Source: Tubiluchus corallicola
Taxonomy: Eukaryota; Animalia; Priapulida
Assembly: GCA_030141605.1 (NCBI GenBank)
Contig: JAQGDQ010000083.1
Location: forward strand, 310,001 to 374,000
Direction of reading: 5' to 3'
DNA: 64,000 bases
Part shown: positions 46,601 through 61,100 of the stretch, piece after piece
How positions within the stretch are numbered: the first letter of the stretch is position 1
Layout of the letters: every line of letters starts with the position of its first letter
Notes under the pieces: model-generated
Database searches by the model: none
Told to the model about the DNA's origin: nothing
What the model saw: the letters and a program-made list of their open reading frames with translations, nothing else
Made by a program: the position numbers and the translations under genes

Positions 46601-49600
46601 TAATTTGCACAAGGGTGTAACTGCAAAAGGCAATCCTCACATGCAGCTTTGCAGCACTGTAGAAGCCTCGCAAAATGAAAAGTGTAAAGTATTTAGCTGC
46701 ATAAAAAGCAAACAGGCGGAAAATTGCCTAGAGTGCCAACATTTTTGAGGTGCCAAATTCTAGAAGTAATTCTTTAATTAATTTTGAAATTTAGCCTAAG
46801 TAATAACATGTTGTGTGTGTAATTCTTTAAGTGCACAACACTAATAAAATGAAACAGACTAGTTGCATTATTTTCCTGACGTATGATTCTTGGATGCTGG
46901 CAAGTGTCTTCCTGCAGAAAAACACTTTTTAGTTTTGCTTTATCAAGTTATCTAAGATTACACCACTTCACCTAGCACCCAAGACGTACTAGCATCTTAA
47001 ATTAAACTTCAAACTCAATCAACACAAGCTGTAATTGACTACACTTCATTAGAGCCCTATAATATATTATACACTATAATGCGGTACCACTGTAATTTAT
47101 TATAATATGGTTCAAGAAAAATTCAATATTGGGAGTGGGGTATGGTCCGTGAGGGGAAGGAGTTGGTCATTAAGGAGGCGGCGCGAAAAAAAAATTTGGC
47201 TAAGGCATCAGATAACCAAGAGCCGGCCCTGATGTATGAAGCTAAAATTTTGAAGGGATTGATAAATTAGATATTAAAGCCACTAATGCATTTACCTTCC
47301 AACAAGGCAAGTTGAGCTGATGAATTACCACGGTGAGACAATGATTTCGTGCAAAAGCCACTATTGCATCATTTCCAGCATAGACTCCGGGTTTTTTAAG
47401 ATTAGCAACTGTAAGAAACAATTGTAATTTATATTAAACCATTTCTTGAAACCACTCATGTTTGTTTCATAGTTTCCACCTTGCTTAGCAATTATAACAG
47501 CAAAAGTACATTCATCAAATATATTTTGCCATGTTAGACTTCCTAGTGAAATATAAGAAATACTTAAAAGTGCATCATTGGCTGTATATGTATCTGTTTG
47601 TAAAGGAAATTTAGATAAAATATGTTTGGCTGAGAAAGTGTACAGGCAACATGTTTTTTCCAAGGAAATGATTTATGACAGTGAATGCTGAGTAGTTGGT
47701 ATCAGAAAATATGGCACTATGATCAGTTAATCAGAAATACTATATAAGGATTTAAAGAAAGCTGGTTTAGCTCTCTGTGTAAGTACTGTTAAGTTTTGGA
47801 ATCACTTTCAATACCAACTGACTATCAGTGCATTGCAGGTAACAGTAAAACATTCAGGGCACATGGTTAGTAACCTACAACATCCTGTACTTGTAATAGT
47901 CTCCTAGACGTGGCAGCACTGTATAACATGTGCATTTACATAATAAATATGTCAACACTCACACCACACTTAACCAATCCAGAACCTGGTAGCTATTGTA
48001 CTTGTAATAGCCTCCTAGAGGTGGTAGCACTGTATAACATGTGCTTGTACATAATAAATATGTCAACATTCACACCACACTTAACCAATCCAGAACCCGG
48101 TAGCTATTGTACTTGTAATAGCCTCCTAGAGGTGGTAGCACTGTATAACATGTGCTTGTACATAATAAATATGTCAACATTCACACCACACTTAACCAAT
48201 CCAGAACCTGGTAGCTATTGTACTTGTAATAGCCTCCTAGAGGTGGTAGCACTGTATAACATGTGCTTGTACATAATAAATATGTCAACACTCACACCAC
48301 ACTTAACCAATCCAGAACCTGGTAGCTATTATACTTGTAATAGCCTCCTAGAGGTGGCAGCACTGTATAACATGTGCTTGTACATAATAAATATGTCAAC
48401 ACTCACACCACACTTAACCAATCCAGAACCCGGTAGCTATTGCACTTGTAATAGCCTCATAGAGGTAGCAGCACTGTATAGCACGTGCTTGTACATAATA
48501 AATATGTCAACACTCACACCACACTTAACCAATCCAGAGCTTGGTAGCTATTGTACTTATAATAGCCTCCTAGAGGTGGCAGCACTGTATAACATGTGCT
48601 TGTACATAATAAATATGTCAACACTCACACCACACTTAAGCAATTTCGAGGCAGGTAGCTATATGGAAGGGTGACAGCTGGGACGTTCTACGATATGGCT
48701 AATACAACTCAGTCAGCTCAGTGTTTTGCAGGATTGGTTGACGATTAGGTAGATTGCAGTCTGAACCTATTAACTTACATGAAGTAAGTAATGTCAGGCA
48801 GGGCTGGGTTATTGTGGCTTGCAAAGCGCACAACTGTGCTTTAAAAAAATAGAAAGATGAACTTGTAGCTCAGCAAAAATGTGTTTTTAAAAGAGAAAAG
48901 ATACTGACAATGCATAAAGTCCACATAAACAAATGAAGTTACTGAACTGATGCAGCAGATTGCTTTGCTTTACACACACGTCAGATGATAGTTGTAGTTA
49001 AAACACGTTGTTGTAGTACACTTAATCTTTGTCCTACAGCAACTTAGTGAGCACACAATGAAATTGTGAAAAGGCTTATTAACAGAGTGATAATGAAATT
49101 TGAAAATGCTGATATGTGACATTTTGACTAAGATGAGGTACATTCAGAAGCAGTGTGTTTAACCCTCACCGTATCTGTCAAAATGTTCCTCTATAAATGG
49201 CTCAAAGTCTTTTCTGTGTGATGCAATGTAATCAGCAGTTTCCAGCCGATGTCTCATGTGGTGCCGGTGATGTCCTTCATATTGATCTGCCAAGGACCGG
49301 AAGAGGCAATTCCTGAAAAAATACATACTCTTATCTCAAGTAGCCTAGATTTCAATGACCATTTTTAAAAACATAATTATGTTTATCTGAAGTAACTAAG
49401 ATTTTGATTGCCCCTAAGAAAAGTTTGAGGAAATTCTTTTCATATCACACCAGTATTGCTTTAGCAAGATTACACACATATATTCTTAATTTTTTTCTTT
49501 TTTATTTACATTTATCCTATCATTGTGGAAACTTAATATCCAAAAAGCTAAATGGTGCTTAAAATATTGTGCAATTGGAATTGGACCTCAATTTAGGTGG

Positions 49601-52600
49601 TTGCTCTTCAATTGTAAGTACAGGTGGAATGATATTCTATTTCACAAATGTGAATAACATTGTAGGATTAATTTTGCTCTGATGGAACACGTAACACATT
49701 ATATGGGCTACACTTAATAAGTTTATACTGTGCAGAAGATGGGCACTAAGGCAGCAGAACTCACAGCACCTGGAGTCTGCCGAAAGTGTTCTGTTTTTTA
49801 GGATTATGATATTCCACACATTACAGAAACAGCTAAGCAACCTCTGATTAAGTGCCAAATTAAATAAGTGGAAGGCAGTTCATAAAAGCAAAATTAAATC
49901 AGATAAATTTATCAGCAGTAACATGACAAACTGGCTGCCCAAACAAAACATTTAATTGCTGGCATTCAAATAATCATGGAAGGTATTTTTGCAACTAATA
50001 AACAAGTTACTTAATTTGGCTAACCCAGAGGCAACATGTCAATATTTTGTTACTAACTTATGGCTCACAAGTTTCATTTTCTAACAATAATCTGTTGGGA
50101 ATAAGCAATAACTGTTGACCCTGGGAACTAAATCACTTTGGGGCAGAATTCTTTTAAGTACGTAGCTTAAAGACCAGCAAGGTCACTTACAAGTGGCAGA
50201 TTATTGTTGCTGAACAATCAATTTTCAATGAAAAACTGGCTGCAAAAGTTGCATGCATTGCAAAAAACGTCATTTGACACAACTGCAGTTGTAAATAAAA
50301 TGATATCTGATGAAAAGTTGGTGAATTATATGGCTTCTATGTTAATATCACTGTCCTGCTTTGACTAATACTAACCAAGGGTGGTTGCTAGTCCCTGCTA
50401 CCCTCTGACCAACCATAAATGCTTTCATACTGTCGTGTCTGATGCATTTACCGCCTCAGCCCATAAAGCAGTGACATGTTTTGGTACCACGTACTTACCC
50501 ACTTGTCTTGACATAAACTCAAACTCCATAATTTAGTATTCTGTTTTGATATAGGATTGATGACAACACGTTTAACTATCACTGATAGCAGACTGTAACT
50601 AAATTCCATTCTATCATTGTCTACAATCTCAAACACGCTGGCGATGAACGTCGCTTATTCTGGCATCCTGGGAATCCCTTTACCACAACACTTATATGTT
50701 GAACTCTGCTTTCGTATGGGTCAAGTCATTAGTGCTTTTAAACCCCCTGGATTTTTTAGTATATCACCATCAACAACATTCACATTAAAGGACTTAAATC
50801 TTTGTCTTCTTTTTGCAGAATTTTTCCTTGCCATCCCAACTTGATAAAGAAATCCAAAATCACATTTGCAGGTCATCTAGCATCTTTGCTCAAGTACCAG
50901 TCAGAGTTACCAAGGTGTGTACTTTGAAATTTCAGAGGCTTTTTTACAAATGTGATGCACTCAATGAATGTTCACCACTCTCAAGGCAACATGAAATGCT
51001 TTGCACAATGCCAATAACAAATTTGATTTTTGAAAATATCACAATGACATGTGAGGATCGACTGCCTACCAGTATCTGCGTGGTTAGTCACAAGGTAGCC
51101 AACGAACTATGGGTCAAAAATACTTGAAGGACAATCCAAATTCTATAAAAAACATGGCATTTTTCATACTCCTGGAAATATTCAGAAATTGATCATCGAA
51201 GATGACAATCCATTAACTGATCACAGAACTTGACAATCCATCAGCTGATCACAGAAGTTGACAATCCATCAGCTGATCACAGATGTTGACAATTCATCAA
51301 CTGATAACAGAAGTTGACAATACATCAACTGATCACAGATGTTGACAATTCATCAACTGATAACAGAAGTTGACAATCCATCAGCTGATCACAGAAGTTG
51401 ACAATCCATCAACTGATCACAGAAGTTGACAATCCATCAACTGATCACAGAAGTTGACAATCCATCAACTGATCACAGAAGTTGACAATCCATCAGCTGA
51501 TCACAGAAGTTGACAACGCATCAACTGATCACAGAAGTTGACAATCCATCAACTGATCACAGAAGTTGACAATCCATCAGCTGATCACAGAAGTTGACAA
51601 CGCATCAACGGATCACAGAAGTTGACAATCCATCAGCTGATCATAGAAGATGATAATCCATCAACTGATTATAGAATATGACAATCCAACAGCTGATCAC
51701 AGAAGTTGACAATCCATCAACTGATCACAGAAGATGACAATTAATCAACTGACTATAAAAGATGACAATCCATCAGCCCACTGAAGATGCTGACGTGTAT
51801 GCTTTGAAAGGCACTAGTGAGTTTTTTACTGTGGGCCTCTTCCACAAGAAGGTCTTGCCTGTCTGAACAGAGCGAGCTATAACATGTAAACTCATACTAG
51901 AAGGACAGGACGCTGTCAGCTGCTAGACAGATTCAAGCACGAGAAACATTAAAATTTACGTAGCTTTGATGCTAACAAGTGGCTACTTAGCTAGTTTGCG
52001 TTTTTGGGTTTTTGTATGTGATACGTATGTGTTGTATAAAAGTTGCAAGTATTTCTAGTGAACCAGACATTAGAGTCCTATAAAAGAAGTTCAACACCTA
52101 GCCAATAATAGGAAAGAAATATAGTGCCAAATAAAAAGAATTGGACAAACAGAAAAAATGTTTTTAGGTTTCAGCCCACCCTTTGCATTTAGCATACACA
52201 GACTACACATTTACATATTTCTAAATCATGTCTAAGTATGCACATGTACAACAGCAAAAAACACGTTCATTTGTTGAAAAACCTAAACAGACATTCTTCA
52301 AACAACTAGAGGTAGGCAATAAAACCCAACAAATAGAAAGCTTCTATTGTTCAACTAAAACACTGACCATCAATCAAACCATTGAGCCACGTGAAAGTGT
52401 TACATGCAGAAAGTTAAAAAGCCATAATTTAGTGTACTATTGTTAATTTTTAAAACACTTCTCAGTAGAAAACAACATGCACAAGACAAGAGCTGTGGAC
52501 CACAGTAACTAATGGATAAACAGATCAACTTTCAATAGTACACTTCACTGTGCTAAACGTTTGTATGTCATTTAATTACCTAGGTAGAAAATTAAGTGCT

Positions 52601-53191
52601 TTGATGTGTATTTTCTGAACTATTGATAAAAAAGACCAAAATGTGACTGATTACTAAAAAAGAAAAAAATTATAAAACAGAAATAAATGAATGAGTTGGT
52701 CAAAACACAATAATTTTTGATTTGGTACATTATTTCCAAAATTTAAATATAACTATGACTTCGTCAGTAAGTACAATACATCCACACCATAAATCATTCT
52801 TCTAATTGAAATTCGGTACTTTCAATGCTTAAATACAATGAGATAGCAATTATTTGGCATATTCAAAACATGCTGAAAAATAGATTTACATGCAACTTGA
52901 ACTCGCCAGAGTACTTCCTGGAGCTTAAGTCTCTAGATAACGATCTGTCTTTTTCTTTCTTGCTTGAGTGGCCACGTGAAATCTTTGTAAGCAATTATTT
53001 ACTGAGGGCGATGCCACCAAGTAGGTGTAAAACAACATAGTTAAAAGTGAATCTCTGATTTGTTTTACGATGGCCAAATAACTTTAATCAGAAAATAAAA
53101 TATCCCATTTTTCTAATTAATTAATGATTTTAAAACATCAATTTATTATCCGAATATAAAAAGTTTTTACTCAGAAACAAATAGCTACGAA

Positions 53192-53222
<31 letters not shown>

Positions 53223-56200
53223 GTTACTTACATACAAACATAAAATGCACACCTTTACGTTTGAGTATACCAAATCCTTTTGGTACGACACATGAATTAA
53301 TGTTGAGTATATACGGTAATTTTTATGCACAATTAGCTAAACTGTATAGCAACATGGCAAGTAAATATTGAATTCGTGCAAACAAATGTGATGAATTTTT
53401 AAACAAATTTTAAGAAACATGCTGTTGACATAATTCTTTGCAGGCACAGTCTTTCACATTTACCCAACATAAAAACAAATGTTGCATTAAAACAACCAAA
53501 ATGGTGAACTGGCACATATTTTAACAACACACCTCCAGAGCCTCACAGCAATACACTGCCAGAGCCCCACAAAACTATGTTACCTGCAGGGTGTTATGAC
53601 AGTGATGAATCACGATGATACAAATGAATCATTATTTTTTACTGATGTTCACTAGAAGTACATTGTAAGTAATTAAATGACTAAAGTATTGCCCAGGCAG
53701 GATCGCACACTAAGTTAGAAAAAATCACAGATAAAAAAGAGAAAAACTTGGAAAAATACTACGACAGGCAAAATTGGCTCACTATTAAATAATTGCAATA
53801 AAAACCGATGTTTTACTAATTGACAAAATATTTCCAGGCACAATAACCAAAAAGATTAAACTAACTCCATACTAGATCAGGGTTCCACAAAATTTTAAAA
53901 TAAATTTCCATGACCAATTATTGATTTTCCATAACCAGATAAGCAGAAATTGCAGTTCAAGTGTACATATTCAGACATTTTTGTGTACTGATGTTCATAC
54001 AATACTGATATATAATATGTCAGCCAATCATTTTTGGAACAGAAATCGAAACTGGGAACCTGCCATAGCAAAAATTTAATTTGAACTCGAACCGCTGAAA
54101 AATATGTTTGGAAAAATATCAGTTCGCGGTGATAAATTCTACAACCCTTTCCAGTATGCCTGAATTTTTGCCCCATTTTCATCATTTCTCTGACAATTTT
54201 AGATTGTTTATTTCATATCAACACAAACACAAAGTTAATACATTAATATAAAAAAACAAAGTTTTCAATAATTCAATGGCTGACAAACACTAAGATATAT
54301 AAGAAAATTTTGAAAAAAAGAACAGCTACCCACTTAAATGATTTGTGTTGCAGGGTATTAAAGAAGCCAAGCTTGTGAAAAGTAATAAGCCAAGAAAGGA
54401 TTTAAACAAGCAAGGATGAAAATGAATGATGATGGGTGAAAGTTGACGACATGATGATATAAAAATAAAGAGACAATTATACAAAATCAGTAATGTGAAA
54501 TAACAATAAGAAGAGACATTTGTTGAAGATTAAATGGTAAATCAAAAGTGCAGAAACAATCTTGCGAAAGCTGACATCAAACGAACAATCAAAAGTGCAT
54601 AAGTTGACCATTTGGTTATGTCTAAAATTAGTTATACATACATATTGAAGAATTGGATTTTTACAGATTTTTAAACATATTTTTGATATTAACATAGTGT
54701 TTTGTAGTTATATCTAGCACGTTCCAGAGTTTAGGACTTTGAAAGGTAATAGAATGTTTAGCGATCTTGGGCTCTGCAGAATGGGATGCTATACGTATTA
54801 AAACAAGTGTTATAAACTTTTTGTGCTAGATTTATTGGATTAGCAAAATCCTTAATTTTAGATCTCTATCTTTTATAAACAAGAACTGTAAAATAAAATT
54901 ATAATTTATAATTAATAAAGTAATGACATATTCAGGACATTTATTCACAAACAGACAGGTATTACGGAAAATAGTTATCAAGTGTAACATCACCTGTTAT
55001 ATGTTAGTTTCTTGTTGGTCAAACAATTTTAGTGAAGGAGTGAACACACAAATATCTAACTTTACCTAAACCATTTTCATGTGAGGAAAGGAAAATTGTA
55101 ATTGTGCGGAATGTGCTGGGTTTTATTAGTACAGTATTTATAAATAAGTGAATAAACCTCAATAACGTTTTACAACATTTACTTCAAACTTTGAAATATT
55201 TACAAGGTTTTGGCTAATTTGGTAATAATTTCTCCCATTCAAGGACTGTAGTCCACATAAAACTTTAATAAGTGTTATTTGGATTAAAAATTTAGTCTCA
55301 GTATAGCTATTGACATAGAAAAAGGAGAGTAATTAAACTAAAATCAATTGTACTTGATCGTAATTCAAAGTACAGACATGCGCAGTTTTTAACGAGGTTC
55401 GGCATCACTTAGGCTAAGGTCCAGCACGAAAAGGCAGGTCAGACTTGATTGCTGTATGACCAGATTGTGGAACATTATCAAGGACAATTCTCTAAGACAC
55501 AGAATAAGCCCTTTTACAGTTTTGCTACAGACACGCCAGTTGTTGTAAGTCGAAGGTTAAGTGAATCCAAGCAATGCATCCTAACTACAACCGTGGCATG
55601 ACATGTGGGTAAAGCAAAACTGTTTGCCGCATCAGTTCAGTCATTTCAGTTGTTTTGCATGGACATTTACTCAGTCTGTTTATAAGCAGGATTTGCTAGC
55701 AGGATCTTGCTTGGGAACAAGAAAAAATGAACTAGCTAAGGTTCTAGCTAGCTGTTAAACTGCTACTATTACAATAGCAAGGGCTGCGAGCCATTGTCAA
55801 ATGTACACAAATGGATTGTCTGGTTCACTTAACCTTTGACTTTTTCACAATCATCATCAATCATTGGAACTGTGAAAAGGATTAATGGCACAGGTGTGTT
55901 AGACACATTAGGGTGAATATACATCATTTTCCTTCAATAAAGTGCACAGCAAGGACATAACAGCAGAGCTTAGTACTAGAAACTAGGTATAGTATAGTAT
56001 AGTATAGATCCATCGAATTATAATATCTTGCATACTGTTCATTTTGGAGTTTGTTCTTCAAATTCTTTGATAATTGTATTAAAAACAAAAATGAACCTAT
56101 TACAAAAAGAACGAAACTCCCACCAAAATTTTAGTACGCTTCATGAAACTGTCTAATATGCCCGATGAAGATGATACTTTCATTTTGTTTCTGTTTTTAC

Positions 56201-58178
56201 AAGTCAAGAGGAATTAGTGTTATTAAAAAGTAGTAGGATAGGACATGAAGAAAGTGAGTAACTACTAATAAAGGGGACTATGAAGACACAAAAAAAATTG
56301 TGACTAAATAATTTATGATACAAACGGCCAGAATACTGAAAACTCAAACAAGCGTTTAACCCAGCAAGTGTTAAAAGAAATGGATGGTCAAACATGCTAG
56401 GATATTTTATGGCCAAATTGGAAAAAATACAAACAGGTTTGCAGACATTTACGGTAGGCTAACCGGACCTGAAAACTGGTCATTATATCTTCAATGCAAC
56501 CTTGCCCAAAGCTCAGATTTGTCAAGTCAATTTAAAGTTGAAGGAGAATAGTCACTAGCGGGATGTCCCAAAGGCATCTTTATTAATAATCAGTGTACCG
56601 GTTAGCCTTCTCAAGGTTGCAAGCATTTATACCCCAAAATATCAAATTATATGGAACAGTACAATATTTTTCGTAGCAATTTTGGGAAATGCTAAAAGAT
56701 AGCAAACTGATACACTAATTACAGTTTATATCCAAGCAATAACCCCAAGTGAAATCTTATCACACAAATTCCAGCTAAAGACGTTCGCAATTCCAAACTT
56801 AATCTTCGAACTTATGGCTACATAATCACATAATCACACTAGTTATAGGCTGTACACTTACAAATGCAATGAGCTTAAGAAATCTATTTTTACAAACAAG
56901 CTCTTTTACTGACAACAACTTGTCATTTGTTAAAGTTATTATTTCACAAAATCACCAAAGTTCTTACTTCAAGAGTAGACCACTGTTGTGTAGATAGGTA
57001 ATGTTTAGTGGTGACCTTTTAAACCGGTAAAATGAACATCGACAGAAACCAGAGTTGTCAAAAAAGCTTGCTGGAATGTACTAACTGCAGTTACGACATT
57101 GGTGCTCTTTTACACGCATGTAGATGTGTGTAATGATGATGATAATAATAGTAATGATAATAATTTATTTCATCTTGGTATATAGTTGCTCTATTTATGC
57201 CAAAAGTAAGTAAGTATCTTTATTTTATCACCTTTTTTACAAGAAAAACACAGAGCATGAAACGATAATATGATACAAAGTGACAAGATTATTAAATGAA
57301 TAAATTATCTGAGTTAATGATAATCAAGTGATTGGTGAAAGGGTGGCGAAAAACTAAAAGTTACCAAAGTCAACCACCCCCGAAAACAAATCAAAAATTA
57401 AGACGATGAGTTTTAAAATTCATAAACGAGAAAAGAAAAATGCAAGTCAACATCTGTCACAATAATTTCTCAAAACAGGCAGGCAGAGAGCACCACAGAA
57501 GCAACTCTGGGGGGCACATTATCACCGGCGCCGGTAGGTGGACGCACTGGCGCATGTGCGCACCACAGAATTTCTAAACGACATGTAACATCTTCTCATG
57601 ACATTACGTTAGGTGAGCATGTAAATGCTTTCTTGGAAATTTGGACAGCAGAGGATACATCGATAAAAGAAACATTATCTAGGGCTTAAGTAATGGGTCA
57701 TCTGCATTGCACTGTATTACAAACTTGTTATTAAGGCATATGACTACTACAATTGAATACAATGAATATTACCTTGGCAAATGTAGATAAAATATATTTA
57801 TTAAGGCAATTTTTCATGTTTGAGGAAGCCCATGTACTAGAATTTAGATCTCATTTGAGGTCTCCAAAATGTACTTAAATGCAGAAAAATCCTTTGATGG
57901 CTTACAGTGCTCCCCCAAACCCCCTAGCTGCTTGTGTTTTAAATTTGTTAAACTCTGGCAGCACCCATGCACAACACCTACCCATCTCCAGGAATGTCAC
58001 GCAAGCAGAGACCTATCACAGCAAGTTGATGAGCAAATATGGCAAAATTATCGTCGTCAGGAATGAATTTAGCGGCTCTTTCTCGTCGGTAAGCATTCTT
58101 AGCTATTCGTTCATCACGTTTTCTCACTATCTGTACCTGCCTATGGAAAAGATTTTCTCTTGTTCGATTGCTTGACAT
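40682..58178 (-). CDS. OTUD3: OTU domain-containing deubiquitinase 3, ~451 aa
   Basis: Exons 58178-57982 ([17 protein letters not shown]), 49312-49170 ([15 protein letters not shown]), 47408-47296 ([19 protein letters not shown]), 45879-45757 ([16 protein letters not shown]), 43827-43567, 42707-42542 (UBA-like), 42002-41812, 40843-40682 (NKQRKEQ..stop). Total 1356 nt, phases compatible, catalytic Cys and His intact. Confidence 0.93.
41040..41727. mobile_element. Old MITE with ~190-bp diverged inverted arms
   Basis: gagaccaactgatgactgaataatattca (~41203-41231) is mirrored by tgaatattactcagtcatcagttggtctc (~41542-41570), with similarity extending outward. Confidence 0.6.
45144..45735. mobile_element. 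piggyBac-type MITE
   Basis: TTAA|CCCTTTCACTATG ... CATAGTGAAAGGG|TTAA. Confidence 0.75.
46024..46617 (-). mobile_element. Internally deleted Tc1/mariner element
   Basis: TA-flanked TIRs (CCCTTGTGCAAATTAA / TTAATTTGCACAAGGG); remnant [12 protein letters not shown] at ~46308-46346 matches the Tc1 NSPDLNPIENLW motif. Confidence 0.8.
47885..48660. repeat. 111-bp minisatellite, ~7 copies, in an OTUD3 intron
   Basis: 37-codon periodicity in the + ORF; head-to-tail units. Confidence 0.95.
51190..51776. repeat. 28-bp minisatellite, ~21 copies
   Basis: Unit tgatcacagaagttgacaatccatca(a/g)c at 51246, 51274 and onward. Confidence 0.95.
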
Positions 58179-61100
58179 GTGTGCTAACCTGCAGTACAAA
58201 AGATATAAGATTTCTATAGTCAATTTTATCAATGTACGTAACTTTTAAACGATTTAGCATGTACCCAATAATTTACAAAAATAACATTTTTTAATAATTT
58301 TGATGCTCGGCATTATATATCAGAAATCGCTACAAAGTTATACCAAAGACTTAGGCAATTTAGTTTATTACTCATTTATTTTAACTTTTATAGTTGTCCA
58401 AAAATTGGATGACTATTTTCCTTGTTCTATATTCTCAAATAAAAAAACTAGATCTCCTTAACATCAATGGTATGTGTCTAGCAAGACTTATGAACATTGC
58501 AAAAAAAAGAAATTTTAGTTGTCATCGCATCAGTTGTTTATAGCATTATTTTATTATTAATTACTTGACAAATTTCCAAATTAAGCCAAGAATGCAGAGA
58601 GATGTCACGTTTCCGTTTACAAGCTCAGGACTGCAAAGTACATTCTATCAGATTAATATTATTGTGACAGTAACCTTAGAAAGCATTACTTATAGGAAAT
58701 TATGTAATAAATGTTTTGCAAGCAAAGTATTATAATTCACATAATAATAAAAAATATATAAAAATATAATCAGTGGCTATAATTTACATAAATTATCAGT
58801 ACATAATATATAAATACAGTCAGCTGTATCCATATATTATGTACTGATGAATTATGTAAATTATAGTAACTGACTACATTTTTGTATATATCACTGTAAA
58901 AGTGTGGATACTAGAGCAAAATAACTAGCAAGTTATCGATAATCTTGCAAGATACAATAAAGTGATATCACACCATTGCAATATATATATATTTTTACAA
59001 GCATTTTAAATGAAAACTGTGAGACTAATCCTAAGTGTCTACATCACTCAATAAGCACTTAAGCATATAAAATCTACTAGTGCAAAATGTGACCTTATAT
59101 ATGTCAATTCACAGCTAAATAACAAACAAACATGCACAAAAAGCTGCAATAATGTAGAACTTTTACCTTAGACATATATCAAGAACAAAAAGTTAATTGT
59201 ACCTGTAAGAACTGAGGGTAAAATTAGCTGAGGGAAAAACAATGTAAAGATGTGCACAGCTGGTAATCTTCTAGTCAAGCAACACAATTACTAATGCTTA
59301 GGAATTAAGGCTTGTGTAAAAGTAGAGCATGGCTGTCATGGGAGAATGGTTCCTAATAAAATTTACTAGTCACTGAACCATGTCGAGGGGCTCTGGAAGT
59401 ATGATTGCGGTAGTGTCTAAGCTACTTGTTAAAGAAATTATGATGCTTTATCTGACTTCTACCAGTGCCAAAATTCCTAATAACAGATAACAGTGCCACA
59501 ACACGACATACTTTTAATGTAGTTTTTCTTCACTGAAATTATCTTTTTCCTGTCTATTTTTTATAACAAATTAGAACTTTTGAAACTTTAACAGTAATAA
59601 CAGCAATAAAAGTATTGCATGCAAGTACAATCAAAAAACAGATCACTGATAAATGAACAAAAACTACCAAAGCTGGAGATACATATATTTGTAGTGTTAT
59701 TACTTTTATAGATGTACATGTGTATGAGTACATACAGAAATTTAATTTACATATCTCCTTTTAACTCTAAGTTTTTAAGACAAAGTTCAAGCAGGCCTAA
59801 GAGGTGTGTAAAAGACATCTGCATTTGAGCAATAAACAGCCTCCTGAAAAATCTTCGTTTAGACATTTTAACATAGAATGGCTAAAGTCTGCTGTCGATT
59901 ATAGTAAGCTCTTAATAATCATCACAAATGTTATCAGTTTGACTAGCAAAAAATGTCAGACTTACAAATAATATCATGTACATTGAATAAAATTATGGTT
60001 TACAAATCAAAATGCTTATAGTATAATGCTAACAGTGTAGCCCAGCTGTGAGAGGTCTTGATTCATAGACATTGCTTTCACGTTATTCAATATTATGTTA
60101 ACTACAAAGTTTAGTAAAACATACATTGGAATTACTGAAAGTTTTCAATGCTAACACCAATCTTTTCCCAAAACTGGAAGAGTTATTTGGTTTACACTAC
60201 TGATACTAGACAGACTATTTTTTTGTAATTAGGACTAGAATCTCCAATGACAACCGAGTAAATAATAAAAAAATTTACAATATTACTTTCGAGATTGTTG
60301 TTTAATTACTGAATCAACAAACAACTTTCAAGATTGTTGTTTAATGATTGAATCAACAAACAACTTATTGAAAAAAAATGATGAATTGGATGGGAAACTA
60401 CTATGATAGAATTAATGTAATATACAAATTAATGTAAATGATATTTCATTTCTTTAGTCCTTTACTCATTGCCTGTCCATTTTCAGGGTCATTGAGTAAT
60501 GGTAAGTGGAAACACTGCAAACATTGATGTACACTAATTTTCAACACTTGGTCCTCGCTTGTTTTAAACTAAAAAACCACCAAGCTATGCTTTTACTGGA
60601 AGTAGATGGCTTTAAATTTTTAGCAGACAGTTTTGCACTATCTTTGCACCCTATTTGCTGCAAGAAACCACAGCATGAAGACTGCCAGTATCGCTTGTGC
60701 TACAGGTAGCGATACTTTCAAAAATTTCTGAAACTTTCAACAGAAATCCTTAAAATTCTTTAAAAAAATTAAGAATATTCAGGTAAATAAACAGTTACGT
60801 ATATTTTTTCATACCAACTCCAATTTTTTTGCAATCGTCAGTTTTACACATGTACAGAAAAATAGAAATACAAACAGAACAATAAGCGACAAACATTTTT
60901 TTCCGGATCCAGTACATCACTAGTGTTTTTACACTCTGAATAAACTATTCAGTTGTTAGTTTTAATTGAAACAGAAGTTTTGTCAAAGCTTTGAGCTATG
61001 CTAACAAAAGCTGAGAGCCTCTACAAACATACTGCCCAATGAAACGTAAGAATACTAACACTAGCAATTGGTTGAAAGTAATCTAATCATTATTACCAAT